DNA of 63,193 bases, counting the filler, from Octopus bimaculoides (taxonomy: Eukaryota), in assembly GCF_001194135.2 (NCBI RefSeq). It is 8 parts of 7 records of this genome, joined end to end, with 100 filler letters (N's around TTAATTAATTAA, not from the genome) between each part and the next. Parts side by side here need not be neighbours in the genome. Positions count along the whole stretch, not along the records: positions 1 to 2,154 come from NW_026333002.1; positions 2,255 to 7,592 come from NC_068985.1; positions 7,693 to 10,666 come from NC_068996.1; positions 10,767 to 16,483 come from NC_068992.1; 4 more parts are not named here. One strand, given 5' to 3'. How positions within the stretch are numbered: the first letter of the stretch is position 1; each line of letters begins with the position of its first letter. The translations under genes and the position numbers were made by a program. Below, piece after piece: positions 1 to 12,033 of the stretch. The notes below the pieces were generated by a model. The model saw only the letters and a program-made list of their open reading frames with translations. It searched no databases and was not told the DNA's origin.

Positions 1-511
1 TTGCATAATAGCAACGATATATATGTGTGTATATGTGTGTATATACGTGTGTATATGTGTGTATATATACGATATATACGTGTGTATATGTGTGTGTCCG
101 TGTGTGTATGTGTATGTGTATGAGTGTATTTACGCATGCAATATATTATCTGCTGCCTTTCCAATCTCTGGACGGTTGGCGTGCAAGGGCGTTGCAATGA
201 AGAGTTATGGTCCAACATATCGACCCTTATACTTAAAGTCAGGTACTTCGATAGATTTTAAGAAGCATCAGTTGTCAAACATTGGTGAGGAACAAACACA
301 AAGATGCACACATACACACACATATATATTTATATACATATACATATACTTATATACGTATACATGTATACATACATATATACATCCTTTCTGTGGAAGA
401 GAGTAGGCTCGAAACGCTAAATACTTTTTCACTTTCCGAGCGTTAAACTAATACATCTGTTTCTTGTCTACACCATTTGACTTGGTCTTTTTTTTTTGTG
501 AATTCTCCCCC

Positions 512-547
<36 letters not shown>

Positions 548-1199
548 GGAGAGTATTGTAGTTTGCTTGAAGCATTGTGTATTGTTTGTAAAGAATAAAA
601 AAAAGTTTATAGCAGAGACTCCAGCTAAGAAGATCTGAAGAAGGAATTGTATTCCGAAATATCATCGGACTATAGATAACCAAATTACAACAGGTATATA
701 GTCCATTTTTTTNNNNNNNNNNNNNNNNNNNNNNNNNNNNNNNNNNNNNNNNNNNNNNNNNNNNNNNNNNNNNNNNNNNNNNNNNNNNNNNNNNNNNNNN
801 NNNNNNNNNNNNNNNNNNNNNNNNNNNNNNNNNNNNNNNNNNNNNNNNNNNNNNNNNNNNNNNNNNNNNNNNNNNNNNNNNNNNNNNNNNNNNNNNNNNN
901 NNNNNNNNNNNNNNNNNNNNNNNNNNNNNNNNNNNNNNNNNNNNNNNNNNNNNNNNNNNNNNNNNNNNNNNNNNNNNNNNNNNNNNNNNNNNNNNNNNNN
1001 NNNNNAAACCACATGCCTTCACATGTATGTATATGCACACAATGTGTATGTATATACATACACACATAGACATAGAAAAGTATACATACATACATATATA
1101 CATACATACACACATACATACATATATAGAGAGAGAAGGAGGGAGAGATTAGATTGTCCGGAAAATTCTAAGCATCTTTTAATATGCAAAAAGGGGATG

Positions 1200-1545
1200 T
1201 ACTTAATTAATGAACCGTATTTTAGAAACTTCTAACTCCTCTGCAAGTTCTCTATTTATGATATTTGAGCTTTCTTCGAATTTTGCCTTCAAAATATCCT
1301 CATTCAATTCTGAAGGTCTTCCACTGCGACTGTCATCTTCCAAGCTAAACTCTCCAGCTTCAAATTTTGCAAACCACCATCGAACAGTTGGTTCACACAG
1401 AGCGTCATCAGCAGGAAATTAACAAATGTTTCTGCAAGTCTTTGCAGCATTTTCTTTCTTTTTTAGAAAAAAAGAAAAGCATTACAACGCGAATATGAAA
1501 CTTGGTTATTTATTTCAAATGTCAATAAAGGGTAACCGGAATAAA
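1200..1545 (-). mobile_element. Mariner transposase N-terminal (HTH) fragment, degraded
   Basis: The minus strand reads KENAAKTCRNIC...ALCEPTVRWWFAKFEAGEFSLEDDSRSGRPSELNEDILKAKFEESSNIINRELAEEL, typical of Mos1/Hsmar HTH domains. Confidence 0.8.
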
Positions 1546-1558
1546 AAAAGAATAGTCA

Positions 1559-1973
1559 GGCGCAGGAGTGGCTGTGTGGTAAGTAGCTTGCTTACCAACC
1601 ACATGGTTCCGGGTTCAGTCCCACTGCGTGGCACTTTGGGCTTATGTCTCTTCTACTATAGCCTCGGGCCGACCAAAGCCTTGTGAGTGGAATTAGTAGA
1701 CGGAAATTGGAAGAAGCCCGTCGTATATATGTATATATATGTGTGTATGTGTGTTTGTGTGTCTGTGTTTGTCCCCCCCCCCACCATCACTTGTCAACCG
1801 ATGCTGGTGAGTTTACGTCCCCGTAACCTAGCGGTTCGGCAAAAGGAGACTGATAGAATAAGTACTAGGCTTAGAAAGAATAAGTCCTGGGTCGATTTTC
1901 TCGACTAAAGTCGGTGCTCCAGCATGGCCGCAGTCAAATGACTGAAACAAGTAAAAGAGTAAGAGTAAGAGAG
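1559..1973 (+). mobile_element. tRNA-derived SINE family A, full-length copy
   Basis: Head GCAGGAGTGGCTGTGTGGTAAG...GGTTCAGTCCC, internal (TA/TG) microsatellite, tail CCAGCATGGCCGCAGTCAAATGACTGAAACAAGTAAAAGA. Confidence 0.85.
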
Positions 1974-2109
1974 TCTACATTCCGACGGGAACAAAGAAGA
2001 TATGCACCACCACTTCAAGCAACGCCAAAGGTTTAACTGTGTCACGTTTCAGATGTGTTCAATGAAGCGTTAACAGATTTAGCTTAACAACGCTCAGAAC
2101 TTTCTGAAT

Positions 2110-2154
<45 letters not shown>

Positions 2155-2254
2155 NNNNNNNNNNNNNNNNNNNNNNNNNNNNNNNNNNNNNNNNNNNNTT
2201 AATTAATTAANNNNNNNNNNNNNNNNNNNNNNNNNNNNNNNNNNNNNNNNNNNN
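2155..2254. other. Artificial scaffold spacer (44N-TTAATTAATTAA-44N)
   Basis: Exactly 100 bp with a six-frame stop linker. Identical spacers at 7593-7692, 10667-10766, 16484-16583, 30983-31082, 34427-34526 and 54655-54754. Confidence 0.95.
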
Positions 2255-2609
2255 ACAAGTGTTATGGATGCCAATCCCTACAGGAGTGGCTGTGCAGTAG
2301 GAAGCTGGCTTCTTAACCACATGGTTCCAGGTTCAGTCCCACTGCATGGCACCTTGGTCAAGTGTACTCTACTATAGCCTCAGGCCAACCAAAACCTTGT
2401 GAGTGGATTTGGTAGAGAGAAACTGGAAGAAGCTCATTGTATATGTGTGTGTTTGTGTGTTGTGTTTGTCACCCCACCATTGCTTGACAAGTAATGTTGG
2501 TAACTTAGTGGTTTGGCAAAAGAGACTGAGTTTGTGTTGCATATGTGAAACTGAGAGTGTGTGGTGCATATGTGGGGGTGCTACTTTTGTCCCCATCTCC
2601 ACCCCATAC

Positions 2610-4400
2610 ATATGCAGCACTCATTATGGGCTTCTTTATTCACAACTAACAGAAACATTTAGCGAACAGTTCTCCATTTATATATATAAAAAATTTAAAA
2701 AATTGGAAATGGTATTTGGATGATTGATTTATATACTGGACCAAAAACCAGGAAGACTTAAGAATATTTAATTCACTTTTAAACAACTTACACACTTCAA
2801 TAAAATTTACCATGGAACAAAACACAAGGGAATTACCATTTTTGGACATACTTCTTAGTAAAGAAAATAACACTATAAAAACAGATCTCTTCTACAAACC
2901 TACAGACATACACCAATATTTGAACTTTCATTCCTCCCAACCTTCACATACCAAAAAAAAAACCATCCTTTAATATGGCAAAAAGAATTTGCATGATAGT
3001 AATAGATGCAGAATTAAGGGACCCAAGATTACAAGAATTTGAAATAATTCTAAAGGAACAAAATTATCCTACTAGTTTAATTGACACAGCAATCACCAAA
3101 GCAAAAAGCATCCCAACCACAACCCTCAGAGAAAAACAAACACACAAATATAAAAATAAAAACGAACTCATAAACATTTCTTTTGTCATCACCCACAACC
3201 CAAGAAATCATAACATCATGAACACTGCAAAACGATACCTCCCAGTCCTTGAACATTCATGAAGAATGAACCAATTAATGACAAACTCGAAAATAATTTA
3301 TAGCAGATGGCAAACACCCAACCTAAAAAAAAACAAAAAAACTCTTAACCCAAGCAAAATTTACAACCACAGAAAGAACAAAGAGAGTTAAAAAATGTGA
3401 TGACTCTTATTGTGGAACATGTGACTATATTGAGGAGGGAGTACAAATTACTTTAAAAAACAATGACACTTTCAAAATAAATGCAAATATGAATTGCAAA
3501 TCCAGGAATTTAATTTACTGTGTCACATGCCCCGAATGCAACAAATATTACATTGGTGAAGCGAGCATCGGACTCTATGAGGAACTAAGGGTACACACAC
3601 AACAAATTCATGACCCCTCAATTAGAAACACGACCTGTAATGAACATTTTGAAAAATGTGGAAAAAGAAAATTCAAAATATTCCCTTTCTTCAAACTGTG
3701 GACAGAAAATGAAGATTTTTGCAAGGCCAAGGAAAAATATTTTATTGAAAAATATCAGCCAAAACTGAACAAAAAATAATACTACAACCACCAGAATTAC
3801 CATCTCAACAATCCACAGAAAGACACCAACCAAACTGCCTCAATAAGGAAAAGTATATATGAACCGAATTGAATTGAACTAGTTTCAGCTCACAGACTGT
3901 GACCATGCTGGGGCACCACCATTTGATTTTACAACATACACACTTTTTACTTTACTCTTCACAAAGGTCATCTTTTGACATGAACTCAACAACATTTTTG
4001 ACCACTTCTAAAAATATTTCATTTCTTTATTCCTGACAGACTATTCTCTTCTCATTACCATTTTCAACTGCTTTTTGTGTTCTTACCTTCCACCTTTTTC
4101 TTTTCTTTCTTCTTTTTCCACACATGTTGTTGTATTCACTTTTTGTATTCTTTTAATACTTTTTATATAATTTTTTTTTTATATTAGTTTTTATATTCTT
4201 TATTTTTTTTTCTATCTTTTATTTTCTATTTTTATTTTTTATTTGTATACTTGTAAGAAAAAATCTTTTGCTATATAAACAACCTTCTAAACTACAGAAT
4301 TTCAGTTTGAAAACAGCTATCGAAAAGCTCGAAACTCATTAGAGGTAACTGTAAACATTATCATTAAAATAAAAATTATCCCCCCAAAAGCCATCTCTAT
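2610..4400 (+). mobile_element. Penelope-like retroelement, 3' portion (RT C-half, GIY-YIG endonuclease, 3' tail), frameshifted
   Basis: WKWYLDD...LHTSIKFTMEQNTRELPFLDIL near 2700-2860. ORF 3489-3779 MNCKSRNLIYCVTCPECNKYYIGE...RVHTQQI is a PLE GIY-YIG. The tail has AGCT...AGCTCGAAAC near 4315-4335. Confidence 0.85.
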
Positions 4401-4659
4401 TCATTTTTTTCATGTAAAAAACACCATTTTGAGAGTGGCTGTTGCCAGTACCGCCTGACTGGCCCTCGTGCTGGTGGCACGTAAAAGCACCCACTACACT
4501 CTCGGAGTGGTTGCTGTTAAGAAGGGCATCCAGCTGTAGAAACTCTACCAGATCAGATTGGAGCCTAGTGCAGCCTTCTGGTTCGCCAGTCCTCAGTCAA
4601 ATCGTCCAACCCATGCTAGCATGGAAGGCGGACGTTAAACGATGATGATGATGATGATG

Positions 4660-4690
<31 letters not shown>

Positions 4691-6373
4691 GGGANNNNNN
4701 NNNNNNNNNNNNNNNNNNNNNNNNNNNNNNNNNNNNNNNNNNNNNNNNNNNNNNNNNNNNNNNNNNNNNNNNNNNNNNNNNNNNNNNNNNNNNNNNNNNN
4801 NNNNNNNNNNNNNNNNNNNNNNNNNNNNNNNNNNNNNNNNNNNNNNNNNNNNNNNNNNNNNNNNNNNNNNNNNNNNNNNNNNNNNNNNNNNNNNNNNNNN
4901 NNNNNNNNNATATATATATATATTCAGCAGTTTTAGCACCTAGCAGTATTTAGGCATAAATCTTTAGGTTAGTTAAAATATGTTTGTAACATATTTCAAC
5001 TTCTAAAGGTAAACTAACTGCTGTTACCAAGGAGAAAAATATTCTCTCTTATAGTCAAAAAGGTGTAAAAACATCATTTCTATTCAGTGCTGCCTCCTGT
5101 TGGATTCCCATGCATATTTCTAGCTCTTTAATCATTATCAATGAGAAATACTGAAGAGAGGCAACTCTGGACTGACTAAATTTAAGCCAGCATGAACTAA
5201 AACATGGTCAACATTGACCATATCGTGCCAAAAGAACACCTGGTCAGAAGAAATTCAGCAGTATCAGTGCCAAGCAATGTTTAGGCATAATTCTAAAGGC
5301 AAATTCACTATGGTTACTGTGGAGAAAACATTTTCCCTTATAGCAGAAACATGTAAAAACATTATAACAAACATATGTACAGCGCATTGAGTAAGTGTCT
5401 TCTATAACTCTGGGCCAACCAATATATTGTGACTGAATTTGCTAGATAAAAACTGTGCAGAAGCCTATCATTAATATGCATGCATGTATGTATCATCATC
5501 ATCATTATCATCATTTGGCGTCCACTCTCCATGCTGGTATGGGTTAGACAGTTTGACTGGAGCTGATGAACCAGAGAGCTGCAGCAGGTTCCAGACTGAT
5601 TTAGCATGGTTTCTACAGTTGTATGTATGTATGTATGTATGTATGTATGGATTATGCATGCATGCATCCATGTATGTACGTATGTATATCTTTGTGCTTG
5701 ACCCTCATTAGTGCTTGACCACATTAGTGCTTGACCACAGATGTTGGTTTTGTTTGCATCCCATAATATAGAAGTTTGGCAGAAAAGACCCACAGAATAA
5801 GTACCAGACTTAAAACCATAAATACTGGGGTTGATTTGTTCAACCAAACCATTCAAAGCAGTGCCCTAGAGTGGCTGCAGTCCAATGAGTGGAACAAGTA
5901 AAAGATATAAAAAAATAAATGATGGTATATGAGGTTAACAGTCAGAAGAATTGTTATCTGTGAAGCTAGTTCATGCAAAAAGAATAACAAATTTGATTAA
6001 AACAAAGAGATTGAAGCATGTTAACATATGGAATAAATGAGAGAATCTCCAAGAATGGATTAATGTATTTTATTTATGAAGGTTACGAAAATAATTTGAG
6101 GATATTTGATTATTTAGGCAGTACTCACTTTAAAAATTAGGACAAATAAAAACAAAATGTCTTCTATTTTGTTGACGTTTTGCACACAAGTTTATTTGTT
6201 CCTCAAATATGTAGATGAAATATTTCTGGAGAGTCAAAGCAAAAGTAATTAAGTTGTGAAGTAACATTGGTTAAGTTCTGGATTATTGGTGTTCACTCTG
6301 AACTTTGGTAAAACATTCTTCACGTCATGTGGACAGGCAGATTTGGCAATATATTTTTCTAATAATGCACAGG

Positions 6374-6409
<36 letters not shown>

Positions 6410-7015
6410 AGAATAGATGCGAGGAGACATGACAATTTTTAATTGCTTAATAAGATACAATACAATGAATGAAAGGAATTGAAAAATAAATAAAGGATAA
6501 AAATATGTATTAAATTTTTTCAACAAATTTCTATTTATTTTTTTTTTGTTTAAAGCTATATATGACTATATACATGTATATGACTATATATATAGATTAG
6601 AGCAATATCCAATATCCAGATTGGAGCAATATCGAGAATAACTAGCTGAAATTGCAAGGATAATCTGGATCTCGACTGAAGAAAGAAAACTCCGAATGAC
6701 CTGTCCGTGTTTTCTTTGTATTGTCTATCTGAATGTTTTGTCCCTTTCTTGTATCACCTAACTGTCTGGATGTTTTGTGTTCTTGTCCCATTCTGTATTA
6801 TATATATATATATATATATATATATCATCATCATCATCATCGTCGTCGTTTAACGTCCACTTTCCATGCTAGCATGGGTTGGACGATTTGACTGAGGACT
6901 GGTGAAACCAGATGGCTACACCAGGCTCCAATCTGATTTGGCAGAGTTTCTACAGTTGGATGCCCTTCCTAACGCCAACCATTCAGAGAGTGTAGTGGGT
7001 GCTTTTTACATGCCA

Positions 7016-7340
7016 TGTCCCCACTTACAGTGTGCATCTCCAGTCTGGAACCCCTATCGTGTCCAGAATGTCAATCTGCTAGAAGTCGTCCAGAACATAC
7101 AATCAGACAAATACCCTCTATCAGTCACTTACCTTATTTTGAACCTCTTACTTCTCTGAGTATTGACACACTAAAAGCTTTGGTGTCTAACAGCTGACTT
7201 TGTAAAAGCCCTCAAGATTATATCCACCATCTTTCCAGCAACAATTTTAGAACCCATTCTTAAATTTAATGCTTCTTCCACCACTTGTAGACATGTTTCT
7301 AACATCATAAATCAACACAGTACACACAACTTTCAGAAAC
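7016..7340 (+). mobile_element. CR1/L2-type LINE RT C-terminal fragment
   Basis: PHLQCASPVWNPYRVQNVNLLEVVQ matches the CR1 RPHLEYAxxVWxP motif. It continues, frameshifted, as IPSISHLPYFEPLTSL. Confidence 0.65.
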
Positions 7341-7559
7341 AGTTTCTCATGCTCTTTCTTTATTCTTTACTTACTTGTTTCAGTCATTTGACTGTGGCCA
7401 TACTGGAGCACTGCCTTTTGTCGAATGAATTGACCCCAGGACTTATTCTTTGTAAGCTTAGTACTTATTCTATCGGTCTCTTTTTTGCCAAACCGCTAAG
7501 TTACAGGGACGTAAACACAACAGCATCAGTTGTCAAGTGATGCTGGGGGACAAACACAG

Positions 7560-7592
<33 letters not shown>

Positions 7593-7692
7593 NNNNNNNN
7601 NNNNNNNNNNNNNNNNNNNNNNNNNNNNNNNNNNNNTTAATTAATTAANNNNNNNNNNNNNNNNNNNNNNNNNNNNNNNNNNNNNNNNNNNN

Positions 7693-8030
7693 ATATATTT
7701 ACATACATACATACATTTACATACGTACATGCATACATACATACGTACATGCATGCATACATACATACATACATACATACATACATACATACATACGTAC
7801 ATGCATGCCTACATACATACATACATACATACATACATACGTACATACGTACATACATGCATACATTTACATATGTGCATCCATCCATCCATACATACAT
7901 ACATACGTACATCCATCCATCCATCCATACATACATACATACATACGTACATGCATACATGCATACATGCATACATACATACATACATACATACATACGT
8001 ACATGCATACATGCATACATACATACATGC
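7693..8030. repeat. (TACA/CATC)n tetranucleotide array
   Basis: Direct reading. Confidence 0.95.
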
Positions 8031-8389
8031 ATCTGAACCTCATATACTTTTTTCGTGGAACAATAAAATTCTGTAAAACTTTCCAGAAGTTTATCGTTTA
8101 AGTATATATGAACATGTCTAGGTATGTAACTACATGAATGAAAATGTATACATAAAACAAAACACACAAATTTACATATAGACATACATACAAGCAAACA
8201 AACAAAAATACCCTGTGGCTAATGTTGAAATTCCAATGAAAGAGCCTTGGATCTAGGTTAGAAACCGCTTCTTTCTCTATTGGCAAGAAATCTTGAAATA
8301 AAATTCAATAATGACAGGCATACATATAAACATATTTACACACTTACATACCCATACACTCATACTTACATATGTTCATATATATCATC

Positions 8390-8480
8390 ATCACCATCAT
8401 CATCATTATTATTATTATTATTATTATCATTATTATTATCATTCTCGTTATTGTTGTTGTTGTTGTTGTTATTATTATTA

Positions 8481-8538
<58 letters not shown>

Positions 8539-8545
8539 CATCATT

Positions 8546-8637
<92 letters not shown>

Positions 8638-8644
8638 CATCATT

Positions 8645-8719
<75 letters not shown>

Positions 8720-8722
8720 GTT
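8390..8722. repeat. (ATT/ATC/GTT)n compound trinucleotide microsatellite
   Basis: Direct reading. Produces the poly-I/Y/L/N pseudo-ORFs. Confidence 0.95.
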
Positions 8723-8724
8723 AT

Positions 8725-9230
8725 TGAGTGAGAGAGCAGCGAATGCCATCAATGTGACACAGGGGTAAAATATACGAAGCCCAATATATCCATCATGATT
8801 ACCCGTCTGAAAAGGGTACACCAGGCACATGCATCACAACCATATGTGCGCGACATGGTGATCTCATATCAAGATAAACAGCGCATGACCTTGCTTTGGG
8901 GCCCAGTTAGAATTTTCTTCAGATCGAGTAGCCCATCCCGCTCAAAAGGTCCCTGAATAAGGGTTGTTTAAGGATGCTGAGCAAAACACCCATGTTTCGA
9001 AAGGTAAATTATTCAAACCCCAAATAATTCCTTTCAACACATGGCTATGATGCTCCCCCACTACTTCTGCTCATGATCAGAGATGCACATATCGTCAGCC
9101 ACCAAGGGACAAGCTCAACTGGTTAAGGTCAAACAACTGACAAGCAAATCTGTGGTATTAAGCAGAATATTTGCTGTAGCCCATCTTTTATACCAAGACA
9201 AAACAATGTACATGATAACACTTCCAACCA
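8725..9230 (-). mobile_element. Retroelement 3' fragment (family D) embedded in (TAA)n; shorter copy at 14835-15005
   Basis: Two near-identical blocks (GAGTGAGAGAGCAG...GGTACACCAGGCACATGCATCACAACCATATG), each abutting ATT/TAA arrays. Confidence 0.65.
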
Positions 9231-9291
<61 letters not shown>

Positions 9292-9790
9292 GGACCGATG
9301 AATAATTTCCAAAAATCTCTGGCCTGGAAATGCTACCGGAGTCCTTTGCCTGTTCGAGATAAACTTTACAGGTAGGGAAATGCCGTCAGCCGAGCATGTC
9401 CGAGATACGCGCAGGACGACGAGACGGTCCTACATGCACTCGTCCAGTGCTCGAGCATTGCTGATCTGTGGGTTTATGTCGAATACCTGCTGTCGCTTGT
9501 GGGGCGGATCCGGTTGTCAACTGAATCCATTGTGAAAATTGCCCCGCCGACTTCCTTTAACCGGGAAAGATAGGCTGTTTTCATATGCCTGGTGTCCATG
9601 TCGAAAGGGGTTCAATGGTGGACGGGACTGAAGGGCTGAAGTTAAACACTTCTGTCTTTGGTCATTCCCTGATGATGAAATTCTTCAAGTTTCACTTGAA
9701 AAGGGAAATAAAAGTAGAGAGAGATATGTTATCATCTGGTCAGTTTTCCGAAAGGTGCGACAATGATGCGAGTGAAAGGGCCTGCCCAGA
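9292..9790 (+). mobile_element. Tx1/L1-clade LINE 3' fragment (C-terminal zinc-knuckle region)
   Basis: Manual translation gives FQKSLAWKCYRSPLPVRDKL...ACPRYAQDDETVLHALVQCSSIADLWVYVE, typical of zf-RVT in Tx1 elements. Confidence 0.7.
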
Positions 9791-10344
9791 GCATACGCCT
9801 ATAGTTATTTCTTTATTGCCCACAAGGAGCTAAACATAGAGAGGACAAGCAAGGACAAGCAAGGACAGACAAACGGATTAAGTCGATTACATCGACCCCA
9901 GTGCGTAACTGGTACTTAATTTATCGACCCCGAAAGGATGAAAGGCAAAGTCGACCTCGGCGGAATTTGAACTATAACGTAGCGCCAGACGAAATACCGC
10001 TAATCATTTCGCCCGGCGTTCTAACGTTTCTGCCAACTCGCCTATAGTTGGAATGAAGGAAACGAAAAAGGGACCTCCCCACACAAAGTCAGGGTACCCA
10101 TGTTTCTTTATGGGGTTTTTCCACGAGCAGCTCTCGTACGTTTCCTCCCTATCGAGGATTACACACCGTTGATTTATTGTTTTCAATTTTTACACGTAAA
10201 ACCCTCACAACACACACTCACGCACATAGACACCCACTTACTATATTTTGTCCTGTGCTGTCCATATTGTTTTTTCTGAATGTAAAACCTTGTGGTTAAT
10301 AAAGAAATTATCATCATCATCATCATCATTGTTGTTATTATTAT

Positions 10345-10666
10345 TATTATTATTATTATTCTTCAGTAGTTTTATTTTTATAACGTGCTTTCACTTCACT
10401 ACCGAGCGCAGCTCTGTGCGCCTTGGGTATGTGCTGTGGTTTGCTGTGGTGCTCTTATGTTTACTGTATTGAAAGTGTTTTGCGTAGAATGTGTGCAGTA
10501 CCCAGTAGTGCAATTTTCTGTATGTTATATATATTTGTAAGTCCTGGTGTTTTTGTTATGTATTTGTCTGAATATTTTTTTATTATACCTAAGGCACCTA
10601 CTATGATAGGAATTGTTTCTGTTTTTAGATTCCACATTCGAGTTATCTCTATTTCCAGGTCTTTGT
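10345..10666 (-). mobile_element. R4/Dong-like RLE non-LTR retrotransposon 3' end (open frame 10666-10461)
   Basis: The minus strand reads KDLEIEITRMWNLKTETIPIIVGALGIIKKYSDKYITKTPGLTNIYNIQKIALLGTAHILRKTLSIQ* without stops, then a 3'UTR abutting (TAA)n. Truncated by the scaffold end. Confidence 0.8.
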
Positions 10667-11117
10667 NNNNNNNNNNNNNNNNNNNNNNNNNNNNNNNNNN
10701 NNNNNNNNNNTTAATTAATTAANNNNNNNNNNNNNNNNNNNNNNNNNNNNNNNNNNNNNNNNNNNNGCAAGTGAATTTCTGCAACACATGGGAAGTTAGC
10801 AGTGCGATGGACCGGCGTCCTATTCTGGGCCCAGGAGAAGATGTGTTGTAATCTCAGCCACTTGTATGTAATGAAAACCGGATTACTCTCCGGCCTTCTG
10901 AATCCTCGTTGATTCATTACAAACCCAAGTATATTATATTGGCTTCAAATTTTGGCACAAGAGAAGCAAATTCGGGGAAAGGGTAAGTCGCTTACATCGA
11001 CCCAGTGCATAACTGGTACTTATTTTTATCGAGCCCGAAATGATGAAAGGCAAAGTCGGCCTCGGCGGAATTTGAACTCAGAACGTAGCGGCGGACGAAA
11101 TGCTGCTCAGTCCTAAA

Positions 11118-11411
11118 CAGGGCTGTGGAGTCGGAATCGGAGTCATGGAGTCGGAGGCAGAAACAATTAAGGGGAAACTGGATTCGGAGTCTGTAAAACT
11201 ATACGGACTCCGGCTCCGACTCGCAATATCTTTATTCTTTAATATAAACTACTTATATAGGCCTACTCAAAGTACAATCGTATGCATATGCTTTATGAGA
11301 TATGTAGACCACAAACACTTTATTGCATAAAGAGGAGTCAGAGTCGGAGTCGGCGGTGCCAATGGTAGAGGAGTCGGAGTCGAAGTTTTTTGTTTCGATT
11401 CCACAGCTCTG
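11118..11411. mobile_element. hAT-type MITE with 8-bp TSD
   Basis: TIRs CAGGGCTGTGGAGTCG / CGATTCCACAGCTCTG, subterminal GGAGTC repeats, and TSD GTCCTAAA at 11110-11117 and 11412-11419. Confidence 0.85.
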
Positions 11412-11991
11412 GTCCTAAAAATACTATAGTCACTAGGCAGATCGAACGAGTTTGTTTTTAATTTGTTGGGTGGGTATACGTCTCAATGGCGAGCAACTGC
11501 TAGCTGTGACATCACGAATTAAAGCAGGAGCTTCTATGAGGGACTTGAACGAAGTAGAAGCCAAATCTTTTTCAGTTTCAAACCATACTTTATCGCCATG
11601 GAAAACGACATTCCTTAAACGAAAACTAAACAGTCTAACATCGAATGTTTTCTATCATATGTCTGCTCACGATCGGTCAGAGCTAGTTGGAGCCAAACAA
11701 ACAACAAACAACGAGCGCTTGCTGAGACAAGACAACATGTGAGCGTCTACAGAATTGTTCGACCTGTTAGAAATAGTTGCCAAACTCATGTAAGTCTCTA
11801 TCGTCTTAAAAAGGAAAAAGGAAACGGTCAAGTTAGATAATATAAAAGAAAAAAAAATTAGGCGGGATGGTTTTGGCTAGAATATCTTTCATCTGAGGTT
11901 TCCTGGATCAGAGATGAACTGGGGTTAAACAACACCCCCCTCCTACTATTAATACTACTTATACCGCCGCCACCACCACCGCTACACTTAA

Positions 11992-12033
<42 letters not shown>

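Noticed and set aside
6250-6352. Possible terminal exon (-) KYIAKSACPHDVKNVLPKFRVNTNNPELNQCYFTT*
   Set aside because: The acceptor is plausible but I recognise no homology or partner exon.
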